From: a virus
Taxonomy: Duplodnaviria > Caudoviricetes
Direction: 5' to 3' (one strand)
Length of the DNA: 33,592 nt
IMG/VR virus record: IMGVR_UViG_3300043414_000779
Span: 1-33,592 of that record
Part shown: in pieces, positions 32,394-33,592 of the stretch
How the letters are laid out: every line of letters begins with the position of its first letter
How positions within the stretch are numbered: the first letter of the stretch is position 1
Notes under the pieces: generated by a model
What the model was told of the DNA's origin: nothing
Seen by the model: the letters and a program-made list of their open reading frames with translations, nothing else
Database searches by the model: none
Position numbers and translations under genes: made by a program

Positions 32394-33592
32394 ATGGCTA
32401 TTGAAACTACCCAGCAGATAGTCCGGGAAGCCCCGGACGTAGAAGCCTATAAGCTAGATCTACTGCAAAACGCCAGGAATCTGGCGTTTAACCTTGATGC
32501 AAGTGGAAAGCCGTTACCGGCGGGCCAGTCGCTTGCCGCACAGCTACCTGCTTATCAAGTAGCCGGGTTTTCTCCTTCCCAGCAGGCGGCTCTAAATGCT
32601 GCTCAAACCACCGGGATTGGGGCGTTTAGCCCATACTTGAACTCGGCCAACGCGGCCCTGGCTACTGGATATCAAAACACCCAGGAAGCGGCGGACATTC
32701 TCCGCGGTGCGGACACTCGTGGGCAGTTCTACAACGCCCAGCAAGATATTAACTCCGGCATCAATGCGCTGGCAGGCATGCAAAACCTGGCTGCGCAGTC
32801 CTCGCAAGCCAACCTTACACCGGCCACTTCTGCAATTTCTCAAGGCCTAGGAGGGCTCGGTGAAGCGCAGGGCCTGACTCTGCAATCACGGGCCGCGGAC
32901 CTTCAGCCTTCAACCTCATTGCTTGCTGCTGCAGCGCAGCAAACTGCCAATACTGGGCAGCCAAATTACGCCACCGCACAGGGTCTGATTGGTGGTGGGC
33001 TGGAGCAGAGCCGCGCTGGCATGCAGGCGGGGATTGGGGCTCTGGCCAACTCGACGCAAGGGTACAACCCAGCGTCTGCTCAGAACTTCATGAATCCGTA
33101 TCAGCAGCAGGTCATTGACCGCACGATGGCCGAAATGGATCGGCAAGCGAAGATTGCTGACCAGTCTTCGTTTGCTAATGCGGTTCGGGCTGGGGCGGTT
33201 GGCGGGACTCGTGACGCTGTCCAAAGAGCGGAGATGCAGCGCAATCTGATGGACCAAAAAGCCAACACGATTGCAAATCTGTTGAGTCAGGGCTACACCC
33301 AGTCGCAAGCTCAGGCGCAACAGGCGTTTGAGCAGCAACAGCAGCGTGGGTTGCAGGCTGGTACGGGTATTGGCGCGTTGGCCGGGCAGCAAGGACAACT
33401 TGGTCTGCAAGCAGGTCAAGCAGTGGGCAACATGGAAACCACCGGCTCACAGGTTGGTCTGCAAGGGGCAGGTCAGCTGGCCAACATTGGTCAGACTTTT
33501 GGTCAGCAGGCAATCCAGCAGGCCCAGCTTGGTCAGGGTGCTGCAGCGCAATATGGCAACCTTGCCAGCCAGCAGATTGGTGCTGGTCAAGG
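32394..33592 (+). CDS. Putative internal virion/DNA-transfer protein (3'-truncated by window)
   Basis: Not in the ORF track because it has no stop in the window. Starts MAIETTQQIVREAPDVEAYKLDLL, is Q/A/G-rich and helical, and contains FMNPYQQQVID and AGAVGGTR. Confidence 0.78.
   Translation, partial: MAIETTQQIVREAPDVEAYKLDLLQNARNLAFNLDASGKPLPAGQSLAAQLPAYQVAGFSPSQQAALNAAQTTGIGAFSPYLNSANAALATGYQNTQEAADILRGADTRGQFYNAQQDINSGINALAGMQNLAAQSSQANLTPATSAISQGLGGLGEAQGLTLQSRAADLQPSTSLLAAAAQQTANTGQPNYATAQGLIGGGLEQSRAGMQAGIGALANSTQGYNPASAQNFMNPYQQQVIDRTMAEMDRQAKIADQSSFANAVRAGAVGGTRDAVQRAEMQRNLMDQKANTIANLLSQGYTQSQAQAQQAFEQQQQRGLQAGTGIGALAGQQGQLGLQAGQAVGNMETTGSQVGLQGAGQLANIGQTFGQQAIQQAQLGQGAAAQYGNLASQQIGAGQ

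Noticed and set aside
2610-33513. Numerous minus-strand ORFs in the track (e.g. 13721-14389, 15937-16662, 6722-7348)
   Set aside because: They are antisense shadows of well-supported + strand genes, favoured by codon bias, with no recognisable motifs.
1-33592. Alternative genetic code, integrase/att sites, tRNA genes, introns or inteins
   Set aside because: Genes tile tightly under the standard code using TAA, TGA and TAG stops. TerL, portal and capsid are of ordinary size without evident insertions. I saw no integrase or tRNA cloverleaf, though no scan was run.

Overview
The window is a contiguous, entirely + strand segment of a tailed dsDNA phage genome with podovirus-like architecture, resembling uncultured aquatic proteobacterial phages (host is inference only). 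Bases 1-1745 hold small early-type genes: a DUF932-like C-terminus, a Cys-rich protein and several hypotheticals. A GC-rich, repeat-laden non-coding tract follows (about 1750-2410). The virion module then runs: large terminase, a 1.48 kaa polyvalent-type protein, portal, GroES-like co-chaperonin, scaffold, capsid genes, a structured RNA candidate after the capsid gene, adaptor/tail/fibre genes, a 2OG-Fe(II) oxygenase, endonuclease VII, a lysis cassette (GH108 endolysin plus holins), tail proteins and internal virion proteins, the last truncated by the window end. The most striking unexplained signals are three. (1) A recurring [FYMR]-x-x-G-G-x-[VAL] peptide motif delimits enzyme-like modules in the giant protein and recurs in three other likely virion proteins. 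(2) The palindrome CAGCTG is strongly enriched in the first 2.1 kb, including inside coding sequence. (3) A C-rich to G/T-rich strand-skew switch lies across the repeat tract before terL. All family assignments come from motif recognition by eye, not from database searches.
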